Notes: generated by a model from the letters alone, not told the origin. A stretch of 64,000 nt of DNA from Candidatus Krumholzibacteriia bacterium (GCA_041484665.1 JBGPIA010000003.1:128001-192000); one strand, 5' to 3'; positions 10,381 through 20,217 are shown, counted from the stretch's first letter. Made by a program: numbers and translations.

Positions 10381-12129
10381 CTACGCGCGCCGATCGAGCA
10401 CGCCGCGCAGGCTCTGCTGCGTCTTGCTGCGCAGGAACTCGCGTACGTCGTCGGCCGTGGAGAGCGACAGCGCCTCCTGCGCCCAGGCCTTCGCCTGCGC
10501 GTAGGTGATGGTTCGGATCACCTTCTTGAGCGCCGGGATCGCCGCCGCGTGCGTCGAGATCCCGTCGATGCCCAGCCCCATGAGCAGGATCGCGTTGGCC
10601 GGGTTGGCGCCCATCTCGCCGCACAGCCGCACCGGAATCCCGCGGGAGTGTCCCGCGGAGATCGTCTCGGCGATAGCGCGCAGCACGGCCGGATGATGGG
10701 GACGGTGCAGGTGCGCCACCCGCCAGTTGGTCCGGTCCACCGCCAGGATGTACTGCGTGAGGTCGTTGGTGCCGATGCTGAAGAACGCACACTCGGCAGC
10801 CAGCTCGCGCGCCATGGCGACCGCCGACGGTGTCTCGACCATGATCCCCACGTCCAGGTCGGGTTCGAAGCGCTTTCCTTCCCGCTGCAGATCGTCGCGG
10901 CAGCGCCGCGTCAAGTCGTTGGCGGCCCGCAGCTCCTCCAGCCCCGTGATCATCGGGAACATGATCCGCACGGGCCCGAACGCGCTCGCCCGGTACAGGG
11001 AGCGCAGCTGCGTGTAGAGCACCTCGGCGTTGGACAGCAGGAACCGGATGCCGCGCATGCCGAGCTGCGGGTTTGCCTCGCGCAACCCACCCTTGCCCGT
11101 GATGAATTTGTCGCCCCCCACGTCCAGCACCCGGAAGATCACGGTCTCGCCGCGCGCGCGAGAGAGCACGTCGCGGTAGGCCGCGAACTGCTCCTCCTCG
11201 CTGGGGATGCGTCCCTGCTTGAAGTAGAAGTACTCGGTGCGCAAGAGACCGATCCCCTGCGCTCCCGTCTCCATCGCCAGCTCGATCTCGAAGGGGACCT
11301 CTGCGTTGGCGGCCAGCTCGACCACGTGGCCGTCGGGCGTGATCGCCGGCTGGTCGCGCATCTCCTGGAGGCGCTCGCCCATCCGCCGCCAGCGCTCACT
11401 TCGCGCCTGCGAGCGCTTGATCACGGCCGCCGTGGGATCGGCGATCACCAACCCAGTGGTGCCGTCGACCACCAGCTCGCAGCCGTCCTGGATCGCATTG
11501 CTGAGCTCACGCAGCCCGACCACGGCCGGGACGCCCAGGCTGCGGGCCAGGATCGCGGTGTGGCTGGTCGGGCCACCCTCGTCCACGCAGAATCCCAGCA
11601 CGCGGTGGCGGTCGAGAGCAGCCGTCTCGCTGGGTGTCAGTACGGGGGCCACCAGCACGCAGGGCTCCGAGAGCTCCAGCGCGCTGTCCGCTCCGCCCTG
11701 CAGCGCGCGCAGCACGCGCTGCTCCAGATCGCGGAAGTCGATCAGGCGCTCGCGGAAGACGGTGTCCCCCTGCAGGTCGAGCGGCATGAGCGCGTGGGCC
11801 ATCGACCGGGCGAAGGCCGCTTCAGCGGAGCAGCGCTCGTGGCGGATCGACTCCCGCGTCGCGCTCAGGACGGTCTCGTCCTCCAGGATGAGCAGCTGAG
11901 CGTCGAGGATCGCGGCGTGATCCTCGCCGAGGCGACTGGCCAGCTGGCCGCGCACGTCCAGCAGCTCGGCGCGTGTCATGGCCAGCGCGGCGTCGAGACG
12001 CTGCAGCTCGCCCGCAACCTCTTCGGGCGCGCACTGGCGGCGGGTAACGACCAGATTCTGCTTGTGCCAGACCCGCGCGGGGCCGAAGACCACGCCTTCC
12101 GAGGCGCCGATGCCCTGGAATTCGCGCAC
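10381..12129 (-). CDS. ptsI: PEP-protein phosphotransferase, PTS enzyme I
   Basis: GGPTSHTAILARS, GIGLLRTE, EANPQLGMRGIR, FFSIGTNDLTQY; GTG start with GGAGGAG. Confidence 0.95.
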   Translation of the reverse strand: MREFQGIGASEGVVFGPARVWHKQNLVVTRRQCAPEEVAGELQRLDAALAMTRAELLDVRGQLASRLGEDHAAILDAQLLILEDETVLSATRESIRHERCSAEAAFARSMAHALMPLDLQGDTVFRERLIDFRDLEQRVLRALQGGADSALELSEPCVLVAPVLTPSETAALDRHRVLGFCVDEGGPTSHTAILARSLGVPAVVGLRELSNAIQDGCELVVDGTTGLVIADPTAAVIKRSQARSERWRRMGERLQEMRDQPAITPDGHVVELAANAEVPFEIELAMETGAQGIGLLRTEYFYFKQGRIPSEEEQFAAYRDVLSRARGETVIFRVLDVGGDKFITGKGGLREANPQLGMRGIRFLLSNAEVLYTQLRSLYRASAFGPVRIMFPMITGLEELRAANDLTRRCRDDLQREGKRFEPDLDVGIMVETPSAVAMARELAAECAFFSIGTNDLTQYILAVDRTNWRVAHLHRPHHPAVLRAIAETISAGHSRGIPVRLCGEMGANPANAILLMGLGIDGISTHAAAIPALKKVIRTITYAQAKAWAQEALSLSTADDVREFLRSKTQQSLRGVLDRRA

Positions 12130-12131
12130 CG

Positions 12132-12401
12132 CTACGGCTCCTCCGCGAGTCCGCGCTCGATGAGCTCCACAAGCACAGAGAGGGCCGCACCCGCGTCGGG
12201 CCCCTCCGCCGTGATCTCCACGGGGTCCTGGTACCGTGCCACCAGCGAGGCCAACCCCAGGATGCTCTTGGCGTTGGCCTGGACCCCGTTGTAGGCGATG
12301 GTGATCTCGCTGGCGAACCCCTTGGCCGCCCGCACGATGCGGCTCGCGGCGCGCAGGTGCAGCCCAACGGGGTCCCCGATCCTCGCCTGGCGCGTCTGCA
12401 C
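12132..12401 (-). CDS. ptsH: Phosphocarrier protein HPr
   Basis: GLHLRAAS (His15) and NAKSILGL (Ser46). Confidence 0.92.
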   Translation of the reverse strand: MQTRQARIGDPVGLHLRAASRIVRAAKGFASEITIAYNGVQANAKSILGLASLVARYQDPVEITAEGPDAGAALSVLVELIERGLAEEP

Positions 12402-12433
12402 CTCTGGTCCCCTCCCCTGCGCCACCTTGCCCC

Positions 12434-13195
12434 CTAGCGTAGCAACGCGGCGCCCCGCGCTCCGGCCCACAGCGCCAGCGCGCCCACCAGCGCAAGCCGG
12501 TCGGCTTGCGCCCCGCGCCACGCCGCGATGATTCCGGCGGCAGCCGCGCCGACCAACAGCAACGCTCCGGTCAGCGGAGAGGTCCAGCCCGGCGTGCCCG
12601 GCGCGGCGGTGACCACGGCGTGCGCCACCACCGCCGCGATGGTCCCCGCACCCACCAGGCCGGTCCGTCGGGCCCAGGTCACCGCGCGGTGGACGCGCCC
12701 ATCACCGAGAAGAGCGGCCGTCTCCGCCGCGCGATCGTACCCCAGAGCCAGGCACCGCGAGCGCAGCCAAGCCTGGGCCGCGGCGAAGGCTCCCCAGGCC
12801 AGCAGCGCGATCCAGGGTGAGATCGCCACCGCAGCCGCGGCAGTCAAGAGCCCGATGGCCGGGATGATCCCGCTCCAGAAGAAGGCGTCGCCGACGGCGG
12901 CCACCGCCCGATCCAGCGCCGGCTCCAGTCGCCATGCCACCTCGGGCGGTCCCAGCTCGTGCAGCCGCAGCGACGCTCCCAGCGCGAGCCCGGCAGCGTA
13001 GGGATTGGTGTTACGGAACTCCAGCTCCCGGGCGGCCCAGCCGGCGCGCCGCTGCGCGTCCCACGGCTGGCGGCGCAGCCAGGGAAGCGCCGCCACTAGC
13101 ATCCCCAGGCTCTGCATCGTCTTGGGATTCCAACTCGCCTGCAGCAGCCATAGCCGCCACCACGAGCTGACCCGCCCGCGGGTTGCGCCGCTCAT
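12434..13195 (-). CDS. PTS mannose/fructose/sorbose family IID component (divergent)
   Basis: LQASWNPKTMQSLG, FRNTNPY, AAVGDAFFW. Confidence 0.85.
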   Translation of the reverse strand: MSGATRGRVSSWWRLWLLQASWNPKTMQSLGMLVAALPWLRRQPWDAQRRAGWAARELEFRNTNPYAAGLALGASLRLHELGPPEVAWRLEPALDRAVAAVGDAFFWSGIIPAIGLLTAAAAVAISPWIALLAWGAFAAAQAWLRSRCLALGYDRAAETAALLGDGRVHRAVTWARRTGLVGAGTIAAVVAHAVVTAAPGTPGWTSPLTGALLLVGAAAAGIIAAWRGAQADRLALVGALALWAGARGAALLR

Positions 13196-13941
13196 CGTGC
13201 CCCTCCCCCACCCAACCGGCACAGCGCGAGCCCCAGGGCCAGCCCCAGCGCCAGCCAGCCCGGCCGGGCAAGGCGCAGATGAAGGCGCAAAGCTAAGGGC
13301 AGACCCAGCACTGGCGCCAGCGTCCAGAAGCCGGCGAGCGCCGCGCGCTCGGGCTCGGGCATCCGCGGGCCGAGCCGGCCGAGCGCCCACGCGATCCCCC
13401 AGGCGCCCAGGCCCGCCGTGACGGCGCCGCGCAGCAGGTGCAACGCAGCGCAGGCAACGTGCGCCCGCTCGGCGACCCCGAGGTCGCCACCGGCCCCTGC
13501 GGGGCCCAGCCCGCCGCCCGATCCGGCGCTCGGGGCACCGCCTTGGCCGCGGTTCGCTCCACCTTCCAGTCGCGTGCGCACGCCCTCCACCACGGATGCG
13601 CTCGCCGCGCGAGTGGCGGCGATCAACATCCCCCCCGCGTTGGCCAGCAACAGCGACAGCAAGAGCGCCGCGCCCCACGCCCAGCTTTCGCGCTGCCCCG
13701 CCGCGCCAAAGCAAGCGGCCACGGCTGCGCTGGTCCAATCCCGCAGCCGCTCGGCGCCGACCGGCACGTGGGACGCCGAGAGCAGCGTGAGCGAGAGGGC
13801 GACCCAGGCGCCCTGGGCGGGCGCCCCTACGATCCAGCCGGCGAGTGACGCCGCCACCGCGGGGTGGGACAAGAGGGTCTGGCCGAACGCGGTGCGGTCC
13901 AACCCTGCCGCGCCGCCGAGTGCCATGGGAAGGAACGTCAC
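13192..13941 (-). CDS. PTS mannose family IIC component (divergent, Gly-rich insert)
   Basis: GLDRTAFGQTLLSHPAVA...G.IVG, VPVGA; GTGA overlap with IIB. Confidence 0.75.
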   Translation of the reverse strand: MTFLPMALGGAAGLDRTAFGQTLLSHPAVAASLAGWIVGAPAQGAWVALSLTLLSASHVPVGAERLRDWTSAAVAACFGAAGQRESWAWGAALLLSLLLANAGGMLIAATRAASASVVEGVRTRLEGGANRGQGGAPSAGSGGGLGPAGAGGDLGVAERAHVACAALHLLRGAVTAGLGAWGIAWALGRLGPRMPEPERAALAGFWTLAPVLGLPLALRLHLRLARPGWLALGLALGLALCRLGGGGAR

Positions 13942-14441
13942 GGTCGCTCTCCGGGCCCGGCCAGCTCGGCCACGGTCGCCTCGTGCGCCGCCGCCGTCGG
14001 AAGCGTCTGGAGGGTGACCCGCACTCCCCGGCGCAGCAGGTCGAGCAGGTCGGCTCGCTCCTGGGCCGTGAGGAAAACGCCCGGCCAGACCTCCTGCGCG
14101 CCGGCGCGGAAGTGCAGCCCTCCGAGGTTGACGGCACGCAGGTCGACGCCGGCGCGGAGCAGCCACAGCAGGTCGCCGGGGCTCTGCACCAGCAGGATGG
14201 TCGCCGCGTCGCCGCCGCTCCGGAGCAGCTCCCGCAGGCGCTGCAGAGCCGTGGTCCGGTCGAGGATCTCCAGATCCACCTCGGGCGGCACCGCCGCTGC
14301 GTAGATGCGACGCTGCAGCGCATCGCCCGCCACATCATCATTGCACAGCAGCAGCCGGCGCGCGCGCAGCTGCGCGCAGCAACCCAGGATGACCTGGCCG
14401 TGGATCAGGCGGTCGTCGATGCGCGCCAGGAGGAGACTCAC
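13938..14441 (-). CDS. PTS mannose family IIB component
   Basis: LARIDDRLIHGQV, VNLGGLH. Confidence 0.92.
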   Translation of the reverse strand: MSLLLARIDDRLIHGQVILGCCAQLRARRLLLCNDDVAGDALQRRIYAAAVPPEVDLEILDRTTALQRLRELLRSGGDAATILLVQSPGDLLWLLRAGVDLRAVNLGGLHFRAGAQEVWPGVFLTAQERADLLDLLRRGVRVTLQTLPTAAAHEATVAELAGPGERP

Positions 14442-14821
14442 GGCGCGATCCCCAGGAGCTTGACGGCGGCTCGCGCCCGGTCGAGCACCTTGTCCACCAG
14501 AGCCTCCGCCGGAAGTTGGGAGCAAGCGGAGAGGTAGGCGACCAGCATGGGGATGTTGGCGCCGGCCAGGACCCAGGTGCGCGGGCGCCCGGCGCTGGCC
14601 AACAGCGCCGCGCTGCCGCAGCTGCCGCCCCCCTCGTCCACCAGGATCAGCGCCGGCCCCGGCGAGGCGTCCAGCCACGCGCGGATGCGTTCCTGCAGGC
14701 CGGCCGCGCTGAGGTCCTGATTGCTCAGCGCGGACAGCGATCCGTGCGCGCCGACCACCGCCTCGGCGGTGGTCACCAGGGCCTGGCCGAGCCCGCCGTG
14801 GGTGACCACCAGCGCCCGCAC
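14438..14821 (-). CDS. PTS mannose family IIA component (start uncertain, 14821 or 14893)
   Basis: VVTHGGLG, ILVDEGGGSC, AGANIPML. Confidence 0.85.
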   Translation of the reverse strand: MRALVVTHGGLGQALVTTAEAVVGAHGSLSALSNQDLSAAGLQERIRAWLDASPGPALILVDEGGGSCGSAALLASAGRPRTWVLAGANIPMLVAYLSACSQLPAEALVDKVLDRARAAVKLLGIAP

Positions 14822-14858
14822 CCCGGCGCCGGCCCCGCGCCGGTCGGGGGCGCCTTCC

Positions 14859-15827
14859 TCACTCGGGGTCGTGCTTGAGGTACTTCGCGACATGACCGGA
14901 CTCCGCCATGGTCTCCACCAGCTTGCGGCTGAGCTCGCGCGCGGCGTCGATGCCGTAGATCTTCAGCATGAGATCCAGGGCGATGACCTCGGCGATCACC
15001 GTGATGTTCTTGCCAGGGAAGATCGGCACCACCACGCGCGGGACCTGCACGCCGAGGATTTCGACGTGGTCCCGCTCCAGGCCGGTGCGGTCGTAGTCGC
15101 GCCCCTCGACCCACTCCTCCAGGCGCACCTCCACCTCGATGCGCTTCTGCATGCGGATGGCGCGCACGCCGAAGATGGGGAAGACATCCACCACGCCGAT
15201 GCCGCGGATCTCCATGTTGTGCTGCAGCAGTTCGCGGCCCCGGCCGATCAGAACATCCCCGGGCCGTTTGACCACCTCGACCAGGTCATCGGCCACCAGA
15301 CGGTGGCCCCGCTCGACCAGGTCCAGCGCCGTCTCGCTCTTGCCGATGCCGCTGCGGCCGGTGATGAGCATTCCCACGCCGTAGACGTCCATGAGCGTGC
15401 CGTGGAAGGTCACGCGGGGGGCGAACAGGTCGTCGAGGATGTCCGCCAGCAGCGTGGTGAGCTCGGAGGTGGGGAGAGCTGCCCGCGCGATGGGGACACC
15501 CCGTCCGCGCGCCTCCTCCAGCAGGGCCGGCGGCAGGTGCAGTGCGCGCGCCACGAAGGCGCCGGGGATGCCCTGGGCGAAGATGCTCGCCAGCGCCGTG
15601 CGCTGGCGGTCGGGTGCGATCGAGTCGAGGTAGCCGAGCTCGGTCTCGGCGAATACCTGCACGCACTGGGGCAGGAACCCGTCTGTATAGCCCATCAGCC
15701 CCATGCCGGGACGATGGACATCGCGGGCGGAGATCTCCGCGCCCAAGGCGTCGCCCGCCACGAGCATCTCCACCTCGGCGTGGGATCTCAGGCGCTCGAC
15801 GATCTCATCGAAGCGGAAGGTCGGCAA
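14859..15827 (-). CDS. hprK: HPr(Ser) kinase/phosphorylase
   Basis: HGTLMDVYGVGMLITGRSGIGKSETALDL, HRLVADD, MEIRGIG. Confidence 0.96.
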   Translation of the reverse strand: MPTFRFDEIVERLRSHAEVEMLVAGDALGAEISARDVHRPGMGLMGYTDGFLPQCVQVFAETELGYLDSIAPDRQRTALASIFAQGIPGAFVARALHLPPALLEEARGRGVPIARAALPTSELTTLLADILDDLFAPRVTFHGTLMDVYGVGMLITGRSGIGKSETALDLVERGHRLVADDLVEVVKRPGDVLIGRGRELLQHNMEIRGIGVVDVFPIFGVRAIRMQKRIEVEVRLEEWVEGRDYDRTGLERDHVEILGVQVPRVVVPIFPGKNITVIAEVIALDLMLKIYGIDAARELSRKLVETMAESGHVAKYLKHDPE

Positions 15828-15829
15828 GC

Positions 15830-16243
15830 TTACGGCTCACCCTCCTGCGGCGGCGCGTCGTCATCGCCGGCGGGCGCGTCCGCCCCGGGAGCGCCGAGGC
15901 TCTTCTCCAGCGCTGCGGCGGAGGTCAGCCCGGGTTGGGCGAAGCGCGCCTTGTGATCGGTGACCTTGGCTTTGTGGCGGCTGAGCTGCTCGTCCATGCT
16001 CGCACACGCCTGCTCCACCGAGGTGAGCATGTCCTGCGAGCGGGCTGTGGCGTGGAAGTCGCGACCGCGCAGGTGGATGTGGATTTCGCAGCCCATGTCC
16101 AGCTTCTCGGCGATGAGGGTGAAGCGAGCTTGTTTGAGATCGTGGGCATAGCGCGTGAACTTGGAGGCGCGCTCCTCGATGTGGTCGCGGACGCGCTGGG
16201 TGAGCTGGTAGTTCCGAGGCGTGATCTCGACATGCACCGGCAT
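15830..16243 (-). CDS. hpf: Ribosome hibernation promoting factor (short HPF/RaiA)
   Basis: VEITPRNYQLT...DML.SVEQA...MDEQLSRHK; canonical position after rpoN; GGAGGAGG SD. Confidence 0.88.
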   Translation of the reverse strand: MPVHVEITPRNYQLTQRVRDHIEERASKFTRYAHDLKQARFTLIAEKLDMGCEIHIHLRGRDFHATARSQDMLTSVEQACASMDEQLSRHKAKVTDHKARFAQPGLTSAAALEKSLGAPGADAPAGDDDAPPQEGEP

Positions 16244-16422
16244 CCTCCTCCCACGATGGACCCCGCCCCCCCGCTGCGCCGTCGGGCGTCCGCCCGGCGC
16301 AGCGGCCAGGGGCATTCACTTGCCGAGCTTCAATCTAACCCGAGCCCTGGTCCCGGCCAACCGGCAATGCGCCGCGAGCGGCGCCTGCGCGCAGCACCCG
16401 CCGGATTCCCGCCCCGCAGGGA

Positions 16423-17901
16423 TCAGTACGTCTTGCGCATGCGTGCCGGCAGGATGGAGAGCTGCTCGCGGTACTTGGCCACCGTGCGGCGCGCGATGTT
16501 GAGGCCCTCCAGCTTGAGCAGGTCCACGATCTTCTGGTCGCTGAGCGGACGCCGCTTCTCCTCTCCGTCGATGATCTCGCGGATGCGGGTTTTCGCCGCC
16601 TTCGACGACATGTTCTCGCCGTCGTCGGTGTCGAGGCTGGAGCTGAAGAAGTACTTCAGCTCGAACACGCCGCGCGGCGTCTGCACGTACTTGTTGGTCG
16701 TAACGCGGCTGACGGTGGACTCGTGCATGCCGATACGATTGGCCACCTGCTGCAGCGTGAGCGGCTTGAGCGCCACCGGCCCCTTGTCGAAGAATTCCCG
16801 TTGCTCGTCCACGATGCACTGCATCACCTTCACGATGGTGCGGCGACGCTGCTCGATGGTCTGGATGAGCCACTTGGCGGAATTGAGGCGCCCCATGATG
16901 AACTCGGCCGTGGCCTTGTCGCCCTCCACGCGACTGCGGTTCAGCTCGTCGCGGTAGGCGCGGCTCACGCGCAGGCGCGGGATGTTGCTGTCGTTGAGAT
17001 AGACGATGTACTCGCCGTCGACCTTCTCCACGACCAGGTCGGGCACCACGTACTTGGCGTTCTCGGAGAAGGTGGCCAGGCCAGGTCTCGGGTCGAGGTG
17101 GCCGATCTGCTGGGCGATCTCCTGCACCTCCTGGGTGCTGATCTTGAGCTCCTTGGCGATCTCGTTGAACTTGCGGCTCTTCAGCGAGTCGAAGTGGTCC
17201 CGCACTACCTCCGCCGCCAGGGAGTCGGTCTCCCCGCGCGCGTCCAGTTGCAGCAGCAGCGCCTCCTGGAGGTTGCGCGCGGCGATGCCGGGCGGGTCGA
17301 AACTCTGGATCACCTTCAGGACGGCTTCCACGCGGGCGACGTCCACCTCGAAGGTGCGGGCGACCTCCTCCACGTCGCAGGTGAGGAAGCCATCGGTGTT
17401 CAGCGAGCCGATGACGTACTCGCCGATCTGCAGATCGAGCTCGTCGTCGAGGGTGAGGCGCAGCTGCTTGAGCAGCTGCTGGTAGCCGCTCTCCTGCGCC
17501 ACGGCCACGCGCTCGAACCGCTCGTCGAGCTCCTCGTGCTCCTGCTCGTAGGCCTGGCCGCTGAAGCCATCGTTGAAATAGTCGTCCCAGTCGACGGGGT
17601 CCTCGGGCTCCTGCGGCTCGGGGGCCTCGGCGGCCGCCTCGGGAGTCTGCTCCTCCTCGGCGCCAGCGCCGTTCTCAGACGGCTCGGCCTCCCGCTCCCG
17701 CTCCTGATCCTGATCCGGCTCATCCTCTTCTGACGGATCGATCTCCTCGAGCAGGGGGTTCTGTAGGACCTCCTCCTTGAGGATCTGCTCCAACTCGAGG
17801 GTGGGGACCTGCAGCAGCTTGAGCGCCTGCTGCAACTTGGGCGTCATGACCAGACGCTGCTGCTGGCGCATCTGCGTGGATATGGTCTGCTTCATCTCCA
17901 T
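16423..17901 (-). CDS. rpoN: RNA polymerase sigma-54 factor
   Basis: Q-rich region I (MTPKLQQALKLLQ), HESTVSR, RpoN box ARRTVAKYRE. Confidence 0.98.
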   Translation of the reverse strand: MEMKQTISTQMRQQQRLVMTPKLQQALKLLQVPTLELEQILKEEVLQNPLLEEIDPSEEDEPDQDQEREREAEPSENGAGAEEEQTPEAAAEAPEPQEPEDPVDWDDYFNDGFSGQAYEQEHEELDERFERVAVAQESGYQQLLKQLRLTLDDELDLQIGEYVIGSLNTDGFLTCDVEEVARTFEVDVARVEAVLKVIQSFDPPGIAARNLQEALLLQLDARGETDSLAAEVVRDHFDSLKSRKFNEIAKELKISTQEVQEIAQQIGHLDPRPGLATFSENAKYVVPDLVVEKVDGEYIVYLNDSNIPRLRVSRAYRDELNRSRVEGDKATAEFIMGRLNSAKWLIQTIEQRRRTIVKVMQCIVDEQREFFDKGPVALKPLTLQQVANRIGMHESTVSRVTTNKYVQTPRGVFELKYFFSSSLDTDDGENMSSKAAKTRIREIIDGEEKRRPLSDQKIVDLLKLEGLNIARRTVAKYREQLSILPARMRKTY

Positions 17902-17922
17902 GTTGCCCCGTTCTCTCCGTTG

Positions 17923-18672
17923 TCAGGCCCGGCCCAGGCGGAAGCCCTCACCCAGGTAGATCTGCCGCGCGCCAGCGTTCTCCACGATCTCGGCGGGCGT
18001 CCCCTCCACCAGGATGCGGCCTTCGTGGAGGATGTAGGCCCGGTCGGTGATGCTGAGCGTCTCGTGCACGTTGTGGTCGGTGATGAGCACGCCCAGACCG
18101 CGCTCGCGCAGCTCAGCCACGATGGTCTGGATGTCGTTGACGGCGATGGGGTCGATGCCCGCGAAGGGCTCGTCGAGCAGCATGAAGGACGGGCGCGTGG
18201 CCAGCGCGCGGGCGATCTCCACGCGCCGCCGCTCCCCGCCCGAGAGCTGGTAACCGCGGCTCTTCGCCAGGTGGGCCACGCCCAGCTCCGCGAGCAGCTC
18301 GCCGCAGCGCCGCGTCTGCTCGGGCTTGGGGATGGGCAGCGTCTGGAGGATCGCGCGGACGTTCTCCTCAACGGTCATGCGCCTGAAGATCGAGGCCTCC
18401 TGGGGGAGGTATCCGATGCCGCGCCGTGCCCGCTTGTACATCGGCAGCGATCCGATCTCCTCGCCATCCAGGAAGACCTGCCCCGACGTGGGCTTGATGA
18501 AGCCGACCACCAGGTAGAACGTGGTCGTCTTCCCCGCGCCGTTGGGTCCCAGCAGGCCAACGATCTCGCCGGTGCGGACGCTGACGGTCACGCCGTCCAC
18601 AACCCGGCGCGAGCGGTACTCCTTGACCAGCTCCTGGCAGGACAGCGACATCCGTGCCAGGGTGGCACTCAT
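17923..18672 (-). CDS. lptB: LPS export ABC transporter ATP-binding protein
   Basis: GPNGAGKTT, YLPQEASIFR, LSGGERRRVEIARAL, LLDEPFAGIDP. Confidence 0.96.
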   Translation of the reverse strand: MSATLARMSLSCQELVKEYRSRRVVDGVTVSVRTGEIVGLLGPNGAGKTTTFYLVVGFIKPTSGQVFLDGEEIGSLPMYKRARRGIGYLPQEASIFRRMTVEENVRAILQTLPIPKPEQTRRCGELLAELGVAHLAKSRGYQLSGGERRRVEIARALATRPSFMLLDEPFAGIDPIAVNDIQTIVAELRERGLGVLITDHNVHETLSITDRAYILHEGRILVEGTPAEIVENAGARQIYLGEGFRLGRA

Positions 18673-19265
18673 GGCCGCTGCTCCTGCGAAACTTGCCGCC
18701 TGGCGCTGTCCGGCACGTTACCCTCGACTCGCTCCCGCAGCGTCAAGTCGGTCAGGTCCGGATCGGTTTCCAGCCCATAGCCGGTCAGAACCTGGTCGCC
18801 GTCCGTGAACTTCACGAACTCGTCGGTGTGGATACGCTGGCGCGCATCGTCCCAGTGGAGCACCTCGCTCTCGAGCAGTTGCTCGCGCGTGTTGATCACA
18901 CGCACATTCCCTCGCGCAGTCATGTTCTTGGTCTGCTCGTCGACCTCCGCCGAGCTCGAAGTGAGCGTCGCGTCGGCGATACCGGCGCGGTAGAAGACCA
19001 TCCGTACGGCGTTGAGGTGCAGCGCCTGCTGGCCGGGAAAACGCTCGGCCGTGTTCCCCCACAGCTCCCACTGCATGACACCATCGCGCGTCTGGGTGGT
19101 GTGGTAGCCCTCGGTGACCTGCGTGGGCTGCCCCGCCGGCGGGGGCGTCGATTGTGGCTCCTGCTGGTTGCACCCAGCGACCAGCGCCAGCGCAGAGGCC
19201 AAAGCCGGCGCGATCCACAGCCTGCGCCGCCACGCCGCCAGATCGAGACGTCCGCAGCCGGTCAT
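18669..19265 (-). CDS. lptC: LPS export periplasmic protein LptC (lipoprotein-like)
   Basis: LVAGC, ARGNVRV, LESEVLHWD, IHTDEFV...TGYGLETD; position before lptB. Confidence 0.85.
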   Translation of the reverse strand: MTGCGRLDLAAWRRRLWIAPALASALALVAGCNQQEPQSTPPPAGQPTQVTEGYHTTQTRDGVMQWELWGNTAERFPGQQALHLNAVRMVFYRAGIADATLTSSSAEVDEQTKNMTARGNVRVINTREQLLESEVLHWDDARQRIHTDEFVKFTDGDQVLTGYGLETDPDLTDLTLRERVEGNVPDSARRQVSQEQRP

Positions 19266-20074
19266 CGTCGGTCTCCATAGCGATCGTGGAACCAGGTCCA
19301 CTCGGAGGGCGCCCGACAGATCAGCTCCTCGAGCGCCGCATTGCAGCGGGCCACCAGGGCGGCCTCTCCGGCGTGATCCTCGGGCACGATCTCGCCTCCC
19401 AGCATCACTCGATGTCCTTCGCCCTCGCGGCGGATGCCCGCGGGGACGATCCGGGCCGAGGTCGCCAGCGCGATCCAGGCCGGTCCGCGCGGCGTCGGCG
19501 CCGCGCGCCCGAACCAGGGCGCCGACAGGCTCGCCACCGCGCCGCGGTGGTCCCCCAGCACGGCCAGCGGGTGCCCCGACCGCAGCCACCGTACCGCCGC
19601 CAGCACGTCGTGCCGCCGGTCGAAGGGCGTCAGACCCAGCCGCAGCCTCTCCCGTCGCAGCCACGCATCGACGCGTGGGTTGTGCGGATCGGCCGTGACC
19701 ACCCCCAGCTCACCCAGCACGCCCGCCAAGAATCGTCCCAGCAGCTCCCAGCAGCCAAGGTGCGCGGTCAGGATCAGCAACGGCCGCCCGCCCTCGCGCG
19801 CCTGCTGCAGCCGCCGCAGATCCGCCCGGTCGGCCACGACCGCAACGTCCCCGCGTGCAGCGTCGACCAGATTGCGCCCCAGCTGGACGAAGCAGGTCCG
19901 AGCCAGCCCCTGCCGCTCCCCGCGCGGCATGGCCGGGTACGCCGCCGCCAACTGCTCCAGGGCCCGCCGGCGGTCGTTGGACCGGGTCGCCCACGCGACC
20001 TCTCCGAGGCCTTTGAGGGTCGCGCCGGCGACGGGTCGCGGAGCCCACCGCACGAACCCCGCTAGAGCGCGCAC
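19262..20074 (-). CDS. Lipid A late acyltransferase (LpxL/HtrB family); start uncertain (no nearby ATG; GTG 20074 or TTG 20080)
   Basis: LTAHLGCWEL, LAVLGD, PWFGR.A.T..GPA, PSEWTWFHDRY. Confidence 0.85.
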   Translation of the reverse strand: MRALAGFVRWAPRPVAGATLKGLGEVAWATRSNDRRRALEQLAAAYPAMPRGERQGLARTCFVQLGRNLVDAARGDVAVVADRADLRRLQQAREGGRPLLILTAHLGCWELLGRFLAGVLGELGVVTADPHNPRVDAWLRRERLRLGLTPFDRRHDVLAAVRWLRSGHPLAVLGDHRGAVASLSAPWFGRAAPTPRGPAWIALATSARIVPAGIRREGEGHRVMLGGEIVPEDHAGEAALVARCNAALEELICRAPSEWTWFHDRYGDRR

Positions 20075-20171
20075 GCACAAGTAGAAGCACCACCGGCGGA
20101 TACGGCGTACCCCGCGAGGCGGGGCGGGCAGCCGGGGCCTGCTGCCGGTATCGGCTCGGCCCCGCTTTCCC

Positions 20172-20215
20172 TTGATAATCGGAAGGAATGGAGTTGTCAA
20201 GCAAGGATGATGCCA
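20172..20215 (-). promoter_or_regulatory. Abutting sigma-54 (-24/-12) and sigma-70 promoter motifs
   Basis: Minus strand reads TGGCATCATCCTTGCT (20215-20200) directly followed by TTGACA-17 bp-TATCAA (20200-20172) in an AT-richer intergenic patch. Confidence 0.65.
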
Positions 20216-20217
20216 GG

